DNA from: Pseudonocardia sp. | Lineage (GTDB): Bacteria > Actinomycetota > Actinomycetes > Mycobacteriales > Pseudonocardiaceae | DNA: 40,426 nt | Assembly (NCBI GenBank): GCA_035695525.1 | Contig: DASRSC010000048.1 | Location: 1 to 40,426, forward strand | Reading direction: 5' to 3' | Shown here: piece after piece, positions 1 through 10,506 of the stretch | Numbering within the stretch: the stretch's first letter is position 1 | How the letters are laid out: every line of letters starts with the position of its first letter | Translations under genes and position numbers: made by a program | Notes under the pieces: model-generated | Told to the model about the DNA's origin: nothing | Database searches by the model: none | Seen by the model: the letters and a program-made list of their open reading frames with translations, nothing else

Positions 1-69
1 GCGCTGGTCGGCTTCGTCGGTTCGGCCACCGCGATGCGGCTGGTGGAGCGCAGGGAGCGGCACCGGTGA
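1..69 (+). CDS. mnhF: Na+/H+ antiporter subunit F (MrpF/MnhF), 3' end only
   Basis: Frame 1 reads ALVGFVGSATAMRLVERRERHR-stop, like an MrpF C-terminus; its TGA overlaps the GTG of the mnhG-like gene (GTGA). Confidence 0.7.
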   Translation, partial: ALVGFVGSATAMRLVERRERHR

Positions 70-413
70 ACACCGTGCTGGACACGGTCTCCGCGGCGTT
101 CCTGCTCCTCGGCGCCCTGTCGAGCCTGCTCGGCGCGCTCGGCATGGTCCGGCTGCCGGACCTGCTCGCGCGGCTGCAGGCGGCCACCAAACCGCAGACG
201 CTGGGTCTGCTGCTGATCCTCGCGGGCACCGCGCTGCGGGTGGAGCTGGAGAGCGCCGCGACGCTCGTGCTGGTCGCGCTGTTCCAGGTGATCACCGCAC
301 CGGTGATCTCCCAGCTCGCCGGCCGGTCCGCGTACCGCAGCGGCACGGTGCGGCGGGACCTCCTGGTGGTCGACGAGCTGGCCCGGGAGCTGCCGCCGGA
401 CCGCCCGTCCTAG
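66..413 (+). CDS. mnhG: Monovalent cation/H+ antiporter subunit G (MrpG/MnhG)
   Basis: 115 aa, three hydrophobic segments, MrpG motifs GMVRLPD...RLQAATKPQTLG and TAPV...RSAY. Confidence 0.9.
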   Translation: MNTVLDTVSAAFLLLGALSSLLGALGMVRLPDLLARLQAATKPQTLGLLLILAGTALRVELESAATLVLVALFQVITAPVISQLAGRSAYRSGTVRRDLLVVDELARELPPDRPS

Positions 414-521
414 CGGAATGATTGCCGCGAGACGCACGACGTCGCCCCGTCGAGGGCGCTGAGGCGCGGCTCACAGCGATCATCGGCCGGTGTCACGGGC
501 CGGGTGGCGCGGCGCCCCCAT

Positions 522-527
522 TACGCT
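522..527 (+). promoter_or_regulatory. -10 box (TACGCT) of a probable leaderless transcript
   Basis: TANNNT hexamer 7 nt before GTG 535; no Shine-Dalgarno. Confidence 0.5.
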
Positions 528-534
528 CGCCCGC

Positions 535-1056
535 GTGCCTCTCTACGCGCTCGGCGACGTCGAACCCGACATTCATCCCGACGCCTACGTCCACCCGGAC
601 GCCGTGGTGATCGGCAACGTGACGATCGGGGCGGAGGCCTCGGTCTGGCCCTCCGCGGTGCTCCGGGGCGACGACGGCCGGATCGAGATCGGCCCGCGGA
701 CCAGCATCCAGGACGGCTCGATCATCCACTGCACTCCGGCCGAGCCGACGATCATCGGCGCCGAGGTGACTGTCGGGCACAACGTGCACATCGAGGGCGC
801 CATCATCGGTGACCGCGCGCTCATCTCGTCGGGCTCGGTGGTGCTCAACGGGGCCACGATCGGCGCAGGCGCGGTGGTCGGCGCAGGCGCCGTGGTCTCG
901 CCGAACGCGGAGGTCCCGCCGCGGCGGATGGCGCTGGGCGTCCCGGCGCGCGTGCGGGAGGGCCACGAGGTGCCAGAGGGCTACTTCGACCACGCGGTGC
1001 AGAGCTACATCCAGCGCGGGAAGCGGTTCCGCGCCGAGCTGCGGAGGCTCGGCTGA
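535..1056 (+). CDS. Gamma carbonic anhydrase family protein (hexapeptide repeat, YrdA/PaaY-like)
   Basis: MPLYAL start, [12 protein letters not shown] and [11 protein letters not shown] His motifs, hexapeptide repeats. Start moved from 490 to GTG 535. Confidence 0.88.
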   Translation: MPLYALGDVEPDIHPDAYVHPDAVVIGNVTIGAEASVWPSAVLRGDDGRIEIGPRTSIQDGSIIHCTPAEPTIIGAEVTVGHNVHIEGAIIGDRALISSGSVVLNGATIGAGAVVGAGAVVSPNAEVPPRRMALGVPARVREGHEVPEGYFDHAVQSYIQRGKRFRAELRRLG

Positions 1057-1733
1057 TGGCCAGGCCGCTCGAGGAGATCGTGGAAGCCGGGTGGGCACGG
1101 GCGCTGGCGCCCGTCGCACCGGTGATCGCCGACATGGGGGAGTTCCTGCGCTCCGAACTGGCCGCGGGTCGCCGCTACCTGCCGGCCGGGGCCAACGTGC
1201 TCCGCGCGTTCACCCAGCCGTTCGACGACGTGCGCGTGCTGATCGTCGGCCAGGACCCGTACCCGACACCTGGGCACGCGATCGGGCTGTCGTTCTCGGT
1301 GTCACCGCAGACCCGTCCCGTGCCGCGGTCGCTGGCCAATATCTTCCGTGAGTACACCGAAGACCTCGACCACCCCACTCCGTCGACCGGCGACCTCACG
1401 GCATGGACCGAGCAGGGCGTGCTACTGCTCAACAGGGTGCTGACGGTGGAGCCGGGCAATCCGGGCTCGCACCGCAGCAAGGGCTGGGAGACCGTCACCG
1501 AGCAGGCGATCCGCGCCCTCGTCGACCGTGACGGGGAGCCGCTCGTCGCAATCCTCTGGGGACGGGACGCGCGCAACCTCGTGCCGCTGCTCGTGGATGT
1601 GCCGTGCGTCGAGTCGGCGCATCCGAGCCCCATGTCGGCCGACCGAGGGTTCTTCGGGTCGCGCCCGTTCAGCCGCGCGAACGCGCTGCTCGAGGAGCTG
1701 GGTGCCGAGCCGGTGGACTGGAAGCTGTCCTGA
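1056..1733 (+). CDS. ung: Uracil-DNA glycosylase (family 1)
   Basis: [16 protein letters not shown] and HPSPMSA motifs; TGATG overlap with the upstream gene. Confidence 0.96.
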   Translation: MARPLEEIVEAGWARALAPVAPVIADMGEFLRSELAAGRRYLPAGANVLRAFTQPFDDVRVLIVGQDPYPTPGHAIGLSFSVSPQTRPVPRSLANIFREYTEDLDHPTPSTGDLTAWTEQGVLLLNRVLTVEPGNPGSHRSKGWETVTEQAIRALVDRDGEPLVAILWGRDARNLVPLLVDVPCVESAHPSPMSADRGFFGSRPFSRANALLEELGAEPVDWKLS

Positions 1734-1750
1734 TCCCGCCGCCGAGATGA

Positions 1751-1784
1751 CAAACGCCGCCCCCGCCGGAGCGGAGAGCGGCGT
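1751..1784 (-). terminator. Probable intrinsic terminator between convergent ung and rpmB
   Basis: GC-rich imperfect stem-loop (minus strand ACGCCGCTCTCCGC-TCCG-GCGGGGGCGGCGT) followed by TTGT. Confidence 0.55.
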
Positions 1785-1820
1785 CGCCGGTGAGAGATAG
1801 GGCAGGCAGGGTGCTCGCGC

Positions 1821-2012
1821 TCAGGCGCGGGCGACCTTGCCGGCCTTCAGGCAGGACGTGCAGACGTTGAGGCGCTGGCGGTTGCCACCGCCGATGCGTG
1901 CACGCACGGTCTGAATGTTCGGGTTCCAGCGGCGGTGGGTGCGGCGGTGCGAGTGCGAGACGGACATGCCGAAGCCCGGACCCTTGCCGCAGACGTCGCA
2001 GACGGCAGCCAC
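1821..2012 (-). CDS. rpmB: 50S ribosomal protein L28 (Zn-binding form)
   Basis: [34 protein letters not shown]...[10 protein letters not shown]; GTG 2012 with GGAG RBS upstream; 63 aa. Confidence 0.97.
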   Translation of the reverse strand: MAAVCDVCGKGPGFGMSVSHSHRRTHRRWNPNIQTVRARIGGGNRQRLNVCTSCLKAGKVARA

Positions 2013-2117
2013 GTCGGACACTCCTCGGGGTAGACGATGGGGGGAAGCCGGGTTCACCCCGGTCGCAAGACACCACAGTACCTGCGCCACCGGACGGGGT
2101 GCACACCACCCGGTCAC

Positions 2118-2123
2118 TACGCT
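2118..2123 (+). promoter_or_regulatory. -10 box (TACGCT) of a probable leaderless transcript
   Basis: TANNNT 7 nt before GTG 2131. Confidence 0.5.
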
Positions 2124-2130
2124 GTGGCGA

Positions 2131-3804
2131 GTGGCCCCGACCCTGGACTCAGCGCTGCTGACCGGCTGGACGCGGGCCGCCACCCAGGCGCTCGAACGGC
2201 ATCGTGCCGAGATCGACCGCATCAACGTGTTCCCGGTCCCCGACGGTGACACCGGTACCAACCTGTTGCTGACCATGCGCGCCGCCGCAGAGGCGGTCCG
2301 CCGGGTGCTGCGTGAGAACGGCGACGGGCCGGCCCGCGGCGTCGCCGCCGTCGCCGGGGCACTTGCACGGGGCGCCCTCGTCGGAGCCAGGGGCAACTCG
2401 GGGGTGATTCTCTCGCAGGTGCTGCGCGGCGTGGCCGATGCGGTGGCGGCGGTCGCCGGACCCACGCCGGCGGGGGCGGTGCTGGCCGACGCGCTCCGCC
2501 GGGCGCACCGGCTCGCCACCGCCGCGTTCACCCGCCCGCGGGAGGGCACCGTGCTGTCGGTGCTCGGGGCTGCGGCGGGTGCCGCAGCGGCGGCGGGATC
2601 CGACCGGCTCGACGACGTCGCACTCGCGGCGGCCGAGGCGGCGGCGGGGGCGGTGCAGGCCACCACCGGGCAGCTGCCCGAGCTGGCCAGGGCCGGCGTC
2701 GTCGACGCAGGTGGCCTCGGTCTCTACCTCGTGCTCGACGCGCTCGCCGGGCTGGTGAGCGGGCGGACCTGCACGGTCCGGCTCCCGGCGACGGGTACCC
2801 CTGTCCGAGGGCCCGCGCGGTCCGGGGACCTTCTCGTCGCCGAGCGCGAAAGTGGGTCGGCCATCTACGACTACGAGGTCATGTACCTGCTCGAGGGTGC
2901 CGGTCCCGACCAGGTGGACGTTCTGCGGGCCGAGCTGCAGGCACTCGGGGACTGCGTCTCCGTTGTCGGCGACGGCGGAGAAGACCGCGGCGGTCTGTGG
3001 AACGTCCATGTGCACTGCACCGACATCGGTGGGGCGATCGAGGCGGGGCTGGCCGCCGGCAGGCCGCACCGGATCACGGTGATCCGGTTCGCCGACCAGG
3101 TCGGCGACCTCCCCAAGCCCCAGCGGGACGCGCGGTTCGTCCGCGAGCGTGCCGTGCTGATGGTCGTCGGCGGCTCCGAGATCGCCGAGCTGGCCCGGTC
3201 CGCAGGCGCCGCGGTGCTGGAGCGCCCGCGCGACCGCGAGGTGGACGAGGCCGACCTCGCCGCTGCGTTGGCCGGCACCCGAGCCCGGCACGTGGTGCTG
3301 CTCCCCGATGACTCCGAGCTCACCGCCGTGGCCGAGCGTGCTGCGGCCGTCGCGCGCCGCGACGGGCAGGAGGTGCTCGTGGTGCCCACGGCGTCGGTGC
3401 TGCAAGGGTTGTCGGCGCTGGCCGTGCACGACCCCGAGCGGCGGGCGGGCGACGACGTTGTCGCGATGGCCGAGGCGGCCGCGGGCACCCGGACCGGTGG
3501 CCTCTTGGTGGCCGAGTCCGAGGCGCTCACGTGGGTGGGGCACTGCCAGCCCGGTGATGTCCTCGGTGTCTCCGACGGCGAGGTCGTGCTGATCGCTCCC
3601 GATCTCGCTGTCGGCGGCCTGTGGTTGGCTCATCGCATGCTCACCGCTGGTGGCGAACGCGTCACCGTGCTGCTCGGGGAGGGGGCCGACGAGGCCCTCG
3701 GCGACGGGCTCGCAGTCGACCTGCGCCTCACCCATCCCGAGGTCGACGTCGTCGTGCACCGTGGGGGGCAGACCGACTACCCGATCGTGCTTGGGGTGGA
3801 ATGA
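2131..3804 (+). CDS. DAK2 domain protein (FakA/YloV-like fatty acid kinase family)
   Basis: [34 protein letters not shown] and HVH motifs; usual rpmB-DAK2-recG order. Start moved to GTG 2131. Confidence 0.92.
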   Translation: MAPTLDSALLTGWTRAATQALERHRAEIDRINVFPVPDGDTGTNLLLTMRAAAEAVRRVLRENGDGPARGVAAVAGALARGALVGARGNSGVILSQVLRGVADAVAAVAGPTPAGAVLADALRRAHRLATAAFTRPREGTVLSVLGAAAGAAAAAGSDRLDDVALAAAEAAAGAVQATTGQLPELARAGVVDAGGLGLYLVLDALAGLVSGRTCTVRLPATGTPVRGPARSGDLLVAERESGSAIYDYEVMYLLEGAGPDQVDVLRAELQALGDCVSVVGDGGEDRGGLWNVHVHCTDIGGAIEAGLAAGRPHRITVIRFADQVGDLPKPQRDARFVRERAVLMVVGGSEIAELARSAGAAVLERPRDREVDEADLAAALAGTRARHVVLLPDDSELTAVAERAAAVARRDGQEVLVVPTASVLQGLSALAVHDPERRAGDDVVAMAEAAAGTRTGGLLVAESEALTWVGHCQPGDVLGVSDGEVVLIAPDLAVGGLWLAHRMLTAGGERVTVLLGEGADEALGDGLAVDLRLTHPEVDVVVHRGGQTDYPIVLGVE

Positions 3805-5999
3805 CCGACGTCGACATGCTCAGCCCGCTGCTCCCGCTCGTCGGTAAGCGGGCGGCCGACCTGCTCTCCACGCAGCTCGAGATCCACACCGTGGGCGACC
3901 TGGTGCGGCACTATCCCCGCCGCTACGTCGACCGCGGCAAGCTCACCGACATCGCCGGGCTCGAGATCGGGGAGCATGCCACCCTCGTCGCGGAGGTGGA
4001 GAAGGCCACGCTCCGCGACATGCGCGCGCGTCGCGGCAAGCTGCTGAACGTCGTCATCCGCGACGAGAAGGGCGCCTCGCTCGACTGCACGTTCTTCAAC
4101 GGCCACAAGGTCCAGCACGTCATCCGCCCGGGCGTGCGCGCGGTGTTCTCGGGCAAGGTCGGGGTGTTCAACAAGAAGCTGCAGCTCACCCACCCGCAGT
4201 TCGAGCCGCTCGACGAGGCCGACGAGATCCGTCCCTTCCTCTCGGTCTACCCGGCCACCGGCAAGATCAACTCACAGGAGATCGCCCGCTGCGTCCGCCA
4301 GGTGCTCGACCTCCTCGACGACCCCACTGATCCGCTGCCCGCTGCGTTGCGGCAGCGCGAGGGCCTGGCTGAGCTCGGGCGGGCCCTGCGGCGCATCCAC
4401 GTACCCGAGACCGAGGCCGACTTCCACGCAGCCCGCAACCGGCTCGTCTGGGACGAGGCGATCGGCGTCCAGCTCGCGCTGGCGCTGCGCCGTCAGGCCA
4501 CGGTCTCGCGGCCCGCAGCGGCATGCCCGCCAAAGCCCGGCGGCCTGCTCGACGCCTTCGACGCGGCGCTGCCGTTCACGCTCACCGCGGGCCAGCACGC
4601 CGTGGGCGCGGAGATCTCCGCCGACCTCGCGCGCGAGCACCCGATGAACCGCCTCGTGCAGGGCGACGTCGGGGCGGGCAAGACCGTGATCGCGCTACGG
4701 GCGATGCTCCAGGTCGTCGACGGCGGGCGTCAGGCGGCCATGCTCGCGCCCACCGAGGTGCTCGCCGCTCAGCACGCCCGGTCGTTGCGCACCCTGCTCG
4801 GCCCGCTCGGCCAGGCGGGCGAGCTCGGCGGCGCTGAGCAGTCCATCGGCGTCACGCTGCTCACCGGGTCGCTCGGCGCGAAGGCGCGGCGGCAGGCGCT
4901 GCTCGACGCGCAGTCCGGGGCAGCGGGGATCGTCGTCGGCACGCACGCGCTGATCCAGGATCACGTCGGGTTCGCCGACCTCGGCCTGGTCGTCGTCGAC
5001 GAGCAGCACCGGTTCGGTGTCGAGCAGCGCGACGCGCTCCGCGGGCGCGGGGAGGTGGCCCCACACATGTTGGTGATGACCGCCACACCGATCCCGCGCA
5101 CCGTCGCGATGACGGTGTACGGCGACCTGGAGGTCTCCGCGCTGCGTGAGCTGCCGGGCGGGCGCTCGCCCATCGCCACCACCGTCGTCCCGTTGGCGGA
5201 GAAGCCCGGCTGGCTGCAGCAGGTCTGGCGCCGCGTGCGCGAGGAGGCCGCGGCCGGGCACCAGGTTTATGTGGTGTGCCCGCGCGTCGGCGGCGACCCG
5301 GCGAAGGGCGATCCCGACGCCGACCTCGTCGATCTCGACGACCCCGACATGGGTGCCGACGCGGACGACGCATCCGCCCGCAGGCCCCCGCTCGCGGTGC
5401 TCGAGGTGCTGCCCAAGCTCGCCGAGGGGGCGCTGCACGGGCTGCGGCTCGGTGTTCTGCACGGGAAGCTGCCGCCCGACGAGAAGGACGCCGTGATGCG
5501 GGCCTTCGAGCGCGGCGAGCTGGACGTCATGGTCGCCACCACCGTCATCGAGGTCGGCGTCGACGTACCGAACGCCACCGGCATGGTGATCCTCGACGCC
5601 GAACGCTTCGGCCTCTCCCAGCTCCACCAGCTCCGCGGGCGGGTGGGCCGGGGCTCCGCTCCCGGCGTCTGCCTTCTGGTCACCGAGGCGCCGGAGGCGA
5701 GCACGGCGCGGGAGCGGCTCGACGCGGTCGCCGGCACCACCGACGGCTTCGAGCTCGCCCGGCTCGACCTCGAACTACGCCGGGAGGGCGACATCCTGGG
5801 CGCTCTGCAGTCCGGGCGACGGTCCGGTCTGCGGCTGCTGTCGCTGCTTCGGCACGAAGAGATCATCGCGAAGGCGCGAGTCTACGCGGCCCACATCGTC
5901 GCCGACGACCCCGGCCTCCGCCGCCACCCCGGCCTCGCCGCTCTCGTCGGCGAAACGGTGGGCGACGAGGAACGTGCGGCCTACCTGGACAAGGTCTGA
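3801..5999 (+). CDS. recG: ATP-dependent DNA helicase RecG
   Basis: QGDVGAGKT, APTEVLAAQH, DEQHRFG, MTATPIPRT and QLHQLRGRVGRG motifs; ATG 3801 overlaps the DAK2 stop. Confidence 0.97.
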   Translation: MTDVDMLSPLLPLVGKRAADLLSTQLEIHTVGDLVRHYPRRYVDRGKLTDIAGLEIGEHATLVAEVEKATLRDMRARRGKLLNVVIRDEKGASLDCTFFNGHKVQHVIRPGVRAVFSGKVGVFNKKLQLTHPQFEPLDEADEIRPFLSVYPATGKINSQEIARCVRQVLDLLDDPTDPLPAALRQREGLAELGRALRRIHVPETEADFHAARNRLVWDEAIGVQLALALRRQATVSRPAAACPPKPGGLLDAFDAALPFTLTAGQHAVGAEISADLAREHPMNRLVQGDVGAGKTVIALRAMLQVVDGGRQAAMLAPTEVLAAQHARSLRTLLGPLGQAGELGGAEQSIGVTLLTGSLGAKARRQALLDAQSGAAGIVVGTHALIQDHVGFADLGLVVVDEQHRFGVEQRDALRGRGEVAPHMLVMTATPIPRTVAMTVYGDLEVSALRELPGGRSPIATTVVPLAEKPGWLQQVWRRVREEAAAGHQVYVVCPRVGGDPAKGDPDADLVDLDDPDMGADADDASARRPPLAVLEVLPKLAEGALHGLRLGVLHGKLPPDEKDAVMRAFERGELDVMVATTVIEVGVDVPNATGMVILDAERFGLSQLHQLRGRVGRGSAPGVCLLVTEAPEASTARERLDAVAGTTDGFELARLDLELRREGDILGALQSGRRSGLRLLSLLRHEEIIAKARVYAAHIVADDPGLRRHPGLAALVGETVGDEERAAYLDKV

Positions 6000-6018
6000 C
6001 CGCTGCGCACTCGACGCG

Positions 6019-6870
6019 TCAGGCGGGGAGGGCACCCCGGGCGGCGGCATCGAGGGCTGCTCCAGCGGAGTGGGGGAGGTGGATCACCCCGGCGCGGTCG
6101 AGTTTGGCGAGTTCGGAGCGGGCCCGGGCGTAGGCGGCGAGGCGCTCAGGGTCGCTGTCGGAGTCGCGGGCGGTGGTGAGCAGCTTGATGATGCGCTCGA
6201 CCGTGCCGCGCTCGGCGGGGGACAGCCCCGAGAGCCGGATGCGTTCCGCGGCATCGCGGGCCGCGTGCCAGGCTCGATCAGCCCTCTCGACGGCGGCGAC
6301 GAACTTCGCGGCGTGCTTGCCGGGCGGGAACTTGTCGGAGTCGAGGGCTTGGGCCTCGGCGAAGGCGTCGACGAACCGTGCGGTGCTGGGCACGGACACG
6401 TCGGCGAGGGCGGGTAGGCGCAGCACCTCCATCGGGTCGCACTCGAACGCTGCGTACGCCGAGCGCAGTGTCTGGAACCGGGTGCGGGCGTCGTTCCAGG
6501 CCACCTCGGGCCGGGCCTCGTTACGCACGGGGTGCGGCGCGTGGGCAGGGCTGCGCCGCTGCAGCGCGGTGTACCGCCTGTGCCGGTGCACGGCGACGAA
6601 CGCGATCGCGCCCGTCATCACCATCGGGGCTGCGCCGGCCATGATCGCCACGCCGAAGAGGATCAGGCTGACCATCACCATCGCGAGTGCGCTTGCTCCG
6701 CCGGCAACCAGCGGGACGGCGAGCAGCAACAGCCACGGCGGCTGGGGGTTGCGCCGGTGTCCGTGGTGGCCCGCGACGTGACGCCGCCTGCGCCGCATCT
6801 CGGCCGCTTCACGGAGGCGGCGCCCCTCCGCGAACGCGGCGGACTGGCCCGCCTGAACCCGTGGAATCAC
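6019..6870 (-). CDS. Hypothetical membrane protein (Arg/His-rich N-terminus, long hydrophobic hairpin, helical C-terminal domain)
   Basis: 283-aa ORF filling the recG-pyc gap; about 45 hydrophobic residues, then a protein-like domain (AYAAFECDPMEVLRLPALADVSVPSTARF). Start uncertain. Confidence 0.75.
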   Translation of the reverse strand: MIPRVQAGQSAAFAEGRRLREAAEMRRRRRHVAGHHGHRRNPQPPWLLLLAVPLVAGGASALAMVMVSLILFGVAIMAGAAPMVMTGAIAFVAVHRHRRYTALQRRSPAHAPHPVRNEARPEVAWNDARTRFQTLRSAYAAFECDPMEVLRLPALADVSVPSTARFVDAFAEAQALDSDKFPPGKHAAKFVAAVERADRAWHAARDAAERIRLSGLSPAERGTVERIIKLLTTARDSDSDPERLAAYARARSELAKLDRAGVIHLPHSAGAALDAAARGALPA

Positions 6871-7067
6871 GTCGCACCCTTCGTCGTCACGAAGCCGGCC
6901 GCTGACCCGGCCGAGACGGCGGCGCGCATCCGCCCCGCGAGAGTATCGCGGTGCGGATGGTGTCGCACCCCTCCTTATTACCGAAGCGCGGTGCGGTTCG
7001 CACGGGTCCGATCGAGTGCCCGCAGGTACGGTTCGCTTCCGGCCGGGTCAGCAGGGAAGGGGTTGCC

Positions 7068-10000
7068 GTGTTCCGCAAGGTGCTCGTCGCGAACCGGGGG
7101 GAGATCGCCATCAGGGCTTTCCGGGCGGCCTACGAGCTCGGCGTCTCGACCGTGGCGATCTTCCCCTACGAGGACCGCAACTCCCTCCACCGCGCGAAGG
7201 CCGACGAGTCCTACCAGATAGGCGAGGAGGGCCACCCCGTCCGGGCCTACCTGTCGGTGGACGAGATCATCGCGGCGGCTCGCCGTGCCGGAGCCGACGC
7301 CATCTACCCCGGGTACGGATTCCTGTCCGAGAACCCCGAGCTGGCGGAGGCGTGCGCACAGGCGGGCATCACGTTCGTCGGGCCCCCGGCCGACGTCCTG
7401 CATCTGACGGGCAACAAGGCCCGCGCCGTCGCCGCCGCTCGCGAGGCGGGCGTGGCCGTGCTCGACTCGTCGGAGCCGTCCGACGACGTCGACACGCTCG
7501 TCGCCGCGGCCGAGGATGTCGGGTTCCCGATCTTCGTGAAGGCCGTCGCCGGTGGCGGAGGGCGCGGGATGCGGCGCGTCGAGGAGCCGGGCGACCTCCG
7601 CGAGTCCATCGAGGCGGCGATGCGGGAGGCGGAGTCGGCCTTCGGCGACGCGACGGTGTTCCTCGAGCAGGCCGTCGTGAACCCTCGCCACATCGAGGTG
7701 CAGATCCTCGCCGACGCCGACGCCGAGGGCGAGGTCGTGCACCTCTACGAGCGCGACTGCTCGGTGCAGCGCCGTCACCAGAAGGTCATCGAGATCGCGC
7801 CGGCGCCGAACCTCGACCCGGAGCTGCGCGACACGATCTGTGCCGACGCCGTGGCGTTCGCGCGTCACATCGGCTACGTCAATGCCGGCACGGTCGAGTT
7901 CCTGCTCGACGAGCGCGGCCACCACGTGTTCATCGAGATGAACCCGCGCATCCAGGTGGAGCACACGGTCACCGAGGAGGTCACCGACCGCGACCTGGTG
8001 ATCGCGCAGCTGCGCATCGCGGCCGGTGCGACTTTGGCGGGCCTGGGGATGCGGCAGGAGGACATCCACGTCCACGGTGCCGCGCTGCAGTGCCGGATCA
8101 CCACCGAGGACCCGTCGAACGGCTTCCGCCCGGACACCGGCGTGATCGGCGCCTACCGTTCCCCGGGCGGAGCGGGTGTCCGGCTCGACGGCGGGACGAC
8201 GCACACCGGCGCCGAGGTGAGCGCACACTTCGACTCGATGCTGGTGAAGCTCACCTGCCGCGGCCGCACCTTCCGCACCGCCGTGCGCCGGGCGAAGCGG
8301 GCCGTGGCCGAGTTCCGCATCCGCGGTGTGTCCACCAACATCCCGTTCCTGGCAGCGGTGCTCGCCGACCCCGACTTCCAGGAGGGCCGGATCACCACGA
8401 GCTTCATCGACGAGCGTCCGCAGCTGCTGACGGCTCGCCAGCCCGCGGACCGCGGCACCCGGCTGCTCACCTATCTGGCCGAGACCACCGTGAACCGGCC
8501 CAACGGGACGCGGCCCAAGGGGGTCGAGCCGGTGGACAAGCTGCCGGTCTGCGACCTGGGCCCAGCCGCCCCGGACGGGTCTCGCCAGCTCCTGCGCGAG
8601 CTCGGTCCCGAGGGATTTGCCTCGTGGCTGCGTGGACGGGACGCCGTGGCCGTCACCGACACGACCTTCCGCGACGCGCACCAGTCGCTGCTGGCAACGC
8701 GCGTACGCACCCGCGACCTGCTCGCCGTCGCCCCGTATGTCGCGCGGACCATGCCACAGCTGTTCAGCCTGGAGTGCTGGGGCGGTGCGACCTACGACGT
8801 CGCGCTGCGGTTCCTCGCCGAGGACCCGTGGGAGCGCCTCGCGGCACTGCGCGAGGCGGTGCCCAACATCTGCACGCAGATGCTGCTGCGGGGACGCAAC
8901 ACCGTCGGCTACACGCCCTACCCGACGGAGGTGACCGACGCCTTCGTCGAGGAGGCGGCCCGCACCGGGATGGACATCTTCCGGATCTTCGACGCGCTCA
9001 ACGACGTCGAGCAGATGCGCCCGGCGATCGAGGCGGTCCGGAGGACCGGGACAACGGTCGCCGAGGTCGCACTGTGCTACACCGGCGACCTCTCCGACCC
9101 CGCCGAGCCGCTGTACACGCTGGACTACTACCTCCGGCTGGCCGAGCAGATCGTCGATGCCGGCGCGCACGTGCTGGCGATCAAGGACATGGCCGGGCTG
9201 TTGCGCCCGCCCGCCGCCCGCACCCTGGTGACGGCGCTGCGCGAGCGGTTCGACCTGCCGGTGCACCTGCACACCCACGACACCGCGGGCGGACAGCTCG
9301 CCACGCTCGTCGCCGCGATCGAGGCCGGGGTCGACGCGGTCGACGCGGCCGTGGCGTCGATGGCAGGGACGACGAGCCAGCCCGCGCTGTCGTCGCTGGT
9401 CGCAGCCACCGACCACACGGCGCGTGCCACCGGGCTCGACCTGCAGGCCTGCTGCGACTTCGAGCCGTACTGGGAGGCGGTGCGCAAGGTCTACGCGCCG
9501 TTCGAATCGGGCCTCGCATCCCCGACCGGGCGCGTCTACCACCACGAGATCCCCGGAGGGCAGCTGTCGAACCTGCGCCAGCAGGCCATCGCGCTGGGGC
9601 TCGGCGACCGCTTCGAGCTGATCGAGGACTGCTACGCCGCGGCCGACCGGATGCTGGGCAGGCTGGTGAAGGTGACACCGTCGTCGAAGGTGGTGGGCGA
9701 CCTCGCGCTGCACCTCGTCGGCGCCGGCGTCGAGCCCAAGGACTTCGAGGCCGCACCGGGTGACTTCGACGTGCCCGACTCCGTGATCGGGTTCCTCCGC
9801 GGCGAGCTCGGGGACCCGCCCGGCGGCTGGCCGGAGCCGTTCCGCACGCGGGCGCTGGCGGGTCGGTCGGCCGAGAAGGAGGCGGTCGACCTGTCGATCG
9901 CCGACCGCCGAGCGTTGCGCGACGACCGCCGCCCGGCGTTGAACCGGCTGCTGTTCGAGGAGCCGGCGAAGGGGTACGTGACGCACCTGGAGACCTACGG

Positions 10001-10451
10001 CGACACATCCGTGCTGTCCACGAAGGACTTCCTGTACGGGCTCGAGCCGGAGCTCGAGCACACGGTCGACCTGGAGCCGGGCGTGACGCTGCTGATCGAG
10101 CTGGAGGCGATCTCCGAGCCCGACGAGCGCGGCTACCGAAATGTGCTCGCCACGCTCAACGGCCAGATGCGGCCCGTGTCGGTGCGCGACCATGCGGTGG
10201 CCAGCGACGTCAAGGCGGCGGAGAAGGCCGACCGGTCCAACCCGCAGCACGTCGCCGCGCCGTTCGCCGGTGTCGTCACGCTGTCGGTGGACGAGGGCGA
10301 CTCCGTGGAGTCCGGCCAGACGGTGGCGACGATCGAGGCGATGAAGATGGAGGCGTCGATCACCGCGCATCAGGCGGGCACGGTCGCGAGGCTCGCCATC
10401 GGCGAGGTTCAGCAGGTAGAAGGCGGCGACCTGCTCCTGGAGCTGTCGTGA
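7068..10451 (+). CDS. pyc: Pyruvate carboxylase
   Basis: KVLVANRGEIAIR, GGGGRGMR, RDAHQSLLATR, IKDMAG, HLHTHDT and biotin motif EAMKME. Start moved to GTG 7068. Confidence 0.97.
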   Translation: MFRKVLVANRGEIAIRAFRAAYELGVSTVAIFPYEDRNSLHRAKADESYQIGEEGHPVRAYLSVDEIIAAARRAGADAIYPGYGFLSENPELAEACAQAGITFVGPPADVLHLTGNKARAVAAAREAGVAVLDSSEPSDDVDTLVAAAEDVGFPIFVKAVAGGGGRGMRRVEEPGDLRESIEAAMREAESAFGDATVFLEQAVVNPRHIEVQILADADAEGEVVHLYERDCSVQRRHQKVIEIAPAPNLDPELRDTICADAVAFARHIGYVNAGTVEFLLDERGHHVFIEMNPRIQVEHTVTEEVTDRDLVIAQLRIAAGATLAGLGMRQEDIHVHGAALQCRITTEDPSNGFRPDTGVIGAYRSPGGAGVRLDGGTTHTGAEVSAHFDSMLVKLTCRGRTFRTAVRRAKRAVAEFRIRGVSTNIPFLAAVLADPDFQEGRITTSFIDERPQLLTARQPADRGTRLLTYLAETTVNRPNGTRPKGVEPVDKLPVCDLGPAAPDGSRQLLRELGPEGFASWLRGRDAVAVTDTTFRDAHQSLLATRVRTRDLLAVAPYVARTMPQLFSLECWGGATYDVALRFLAEDPWERLAALREAVPNICTQMLLRGRNTVGYTPYPTEVTDAFVEEAARTGMDIFRIFDALNDVEQMRPAIEAVRRTGTTVAEVALCYTGDLSDPAEPLYTLDYYLRLAEQIVDAGAHVLAIKDMAGLLRPPAARTLVTALRERFDLPVHLHTHDTAGGQLATLVAAIEAGVDAVDAAVASMAGTTSQPALSSLVAATDHTARATGLDLQACCDFEPYWEAVRKVYAPFESGLASPTGRVYHHEIPGGQLSNLRQQAIALGLGDRFELIEDCYAAADRMLGRLVKVTPSSKVVGDLALHLVGAGVEPKDFEAAPGDFDVPDSVIGFLRGELGDPPGGWPEPFRTRALAGRSAEKEAVDLSIADRRALRDDRRPALNRLLFEEPAKGYVTHLETYGDTSVLSTKDFLYGLEPELEHTVDLEPGVTLLIELEAISEPDERGYRNVLATLNGQMRPVSVRDHAVASDVKAAEKADRSNPQHVAAPFAGVVTLSVDEGDSVESGQTVATIEAMKMEASITAHQAGTVARLAIGEVQQVEGGDLLLELS

Positions 10452-10455
10452 GAGG

Positions 10456-10499
10456 CCGTGCGCGGATACGGGTGCTCTGGCACTCGTATCCGCGCACGG
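10456..10499. repeat. 20-bp inverted repeat between pyc and rsmD
   Basis: CCGTGCGCGGATACGGGTGC-TCTG-GCACTCGTATCCGCGCACGG, one G-T wobble, no U tract. Confidence 0.8.
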
Positions 10500-10506
10500 G
10501 CACGAA

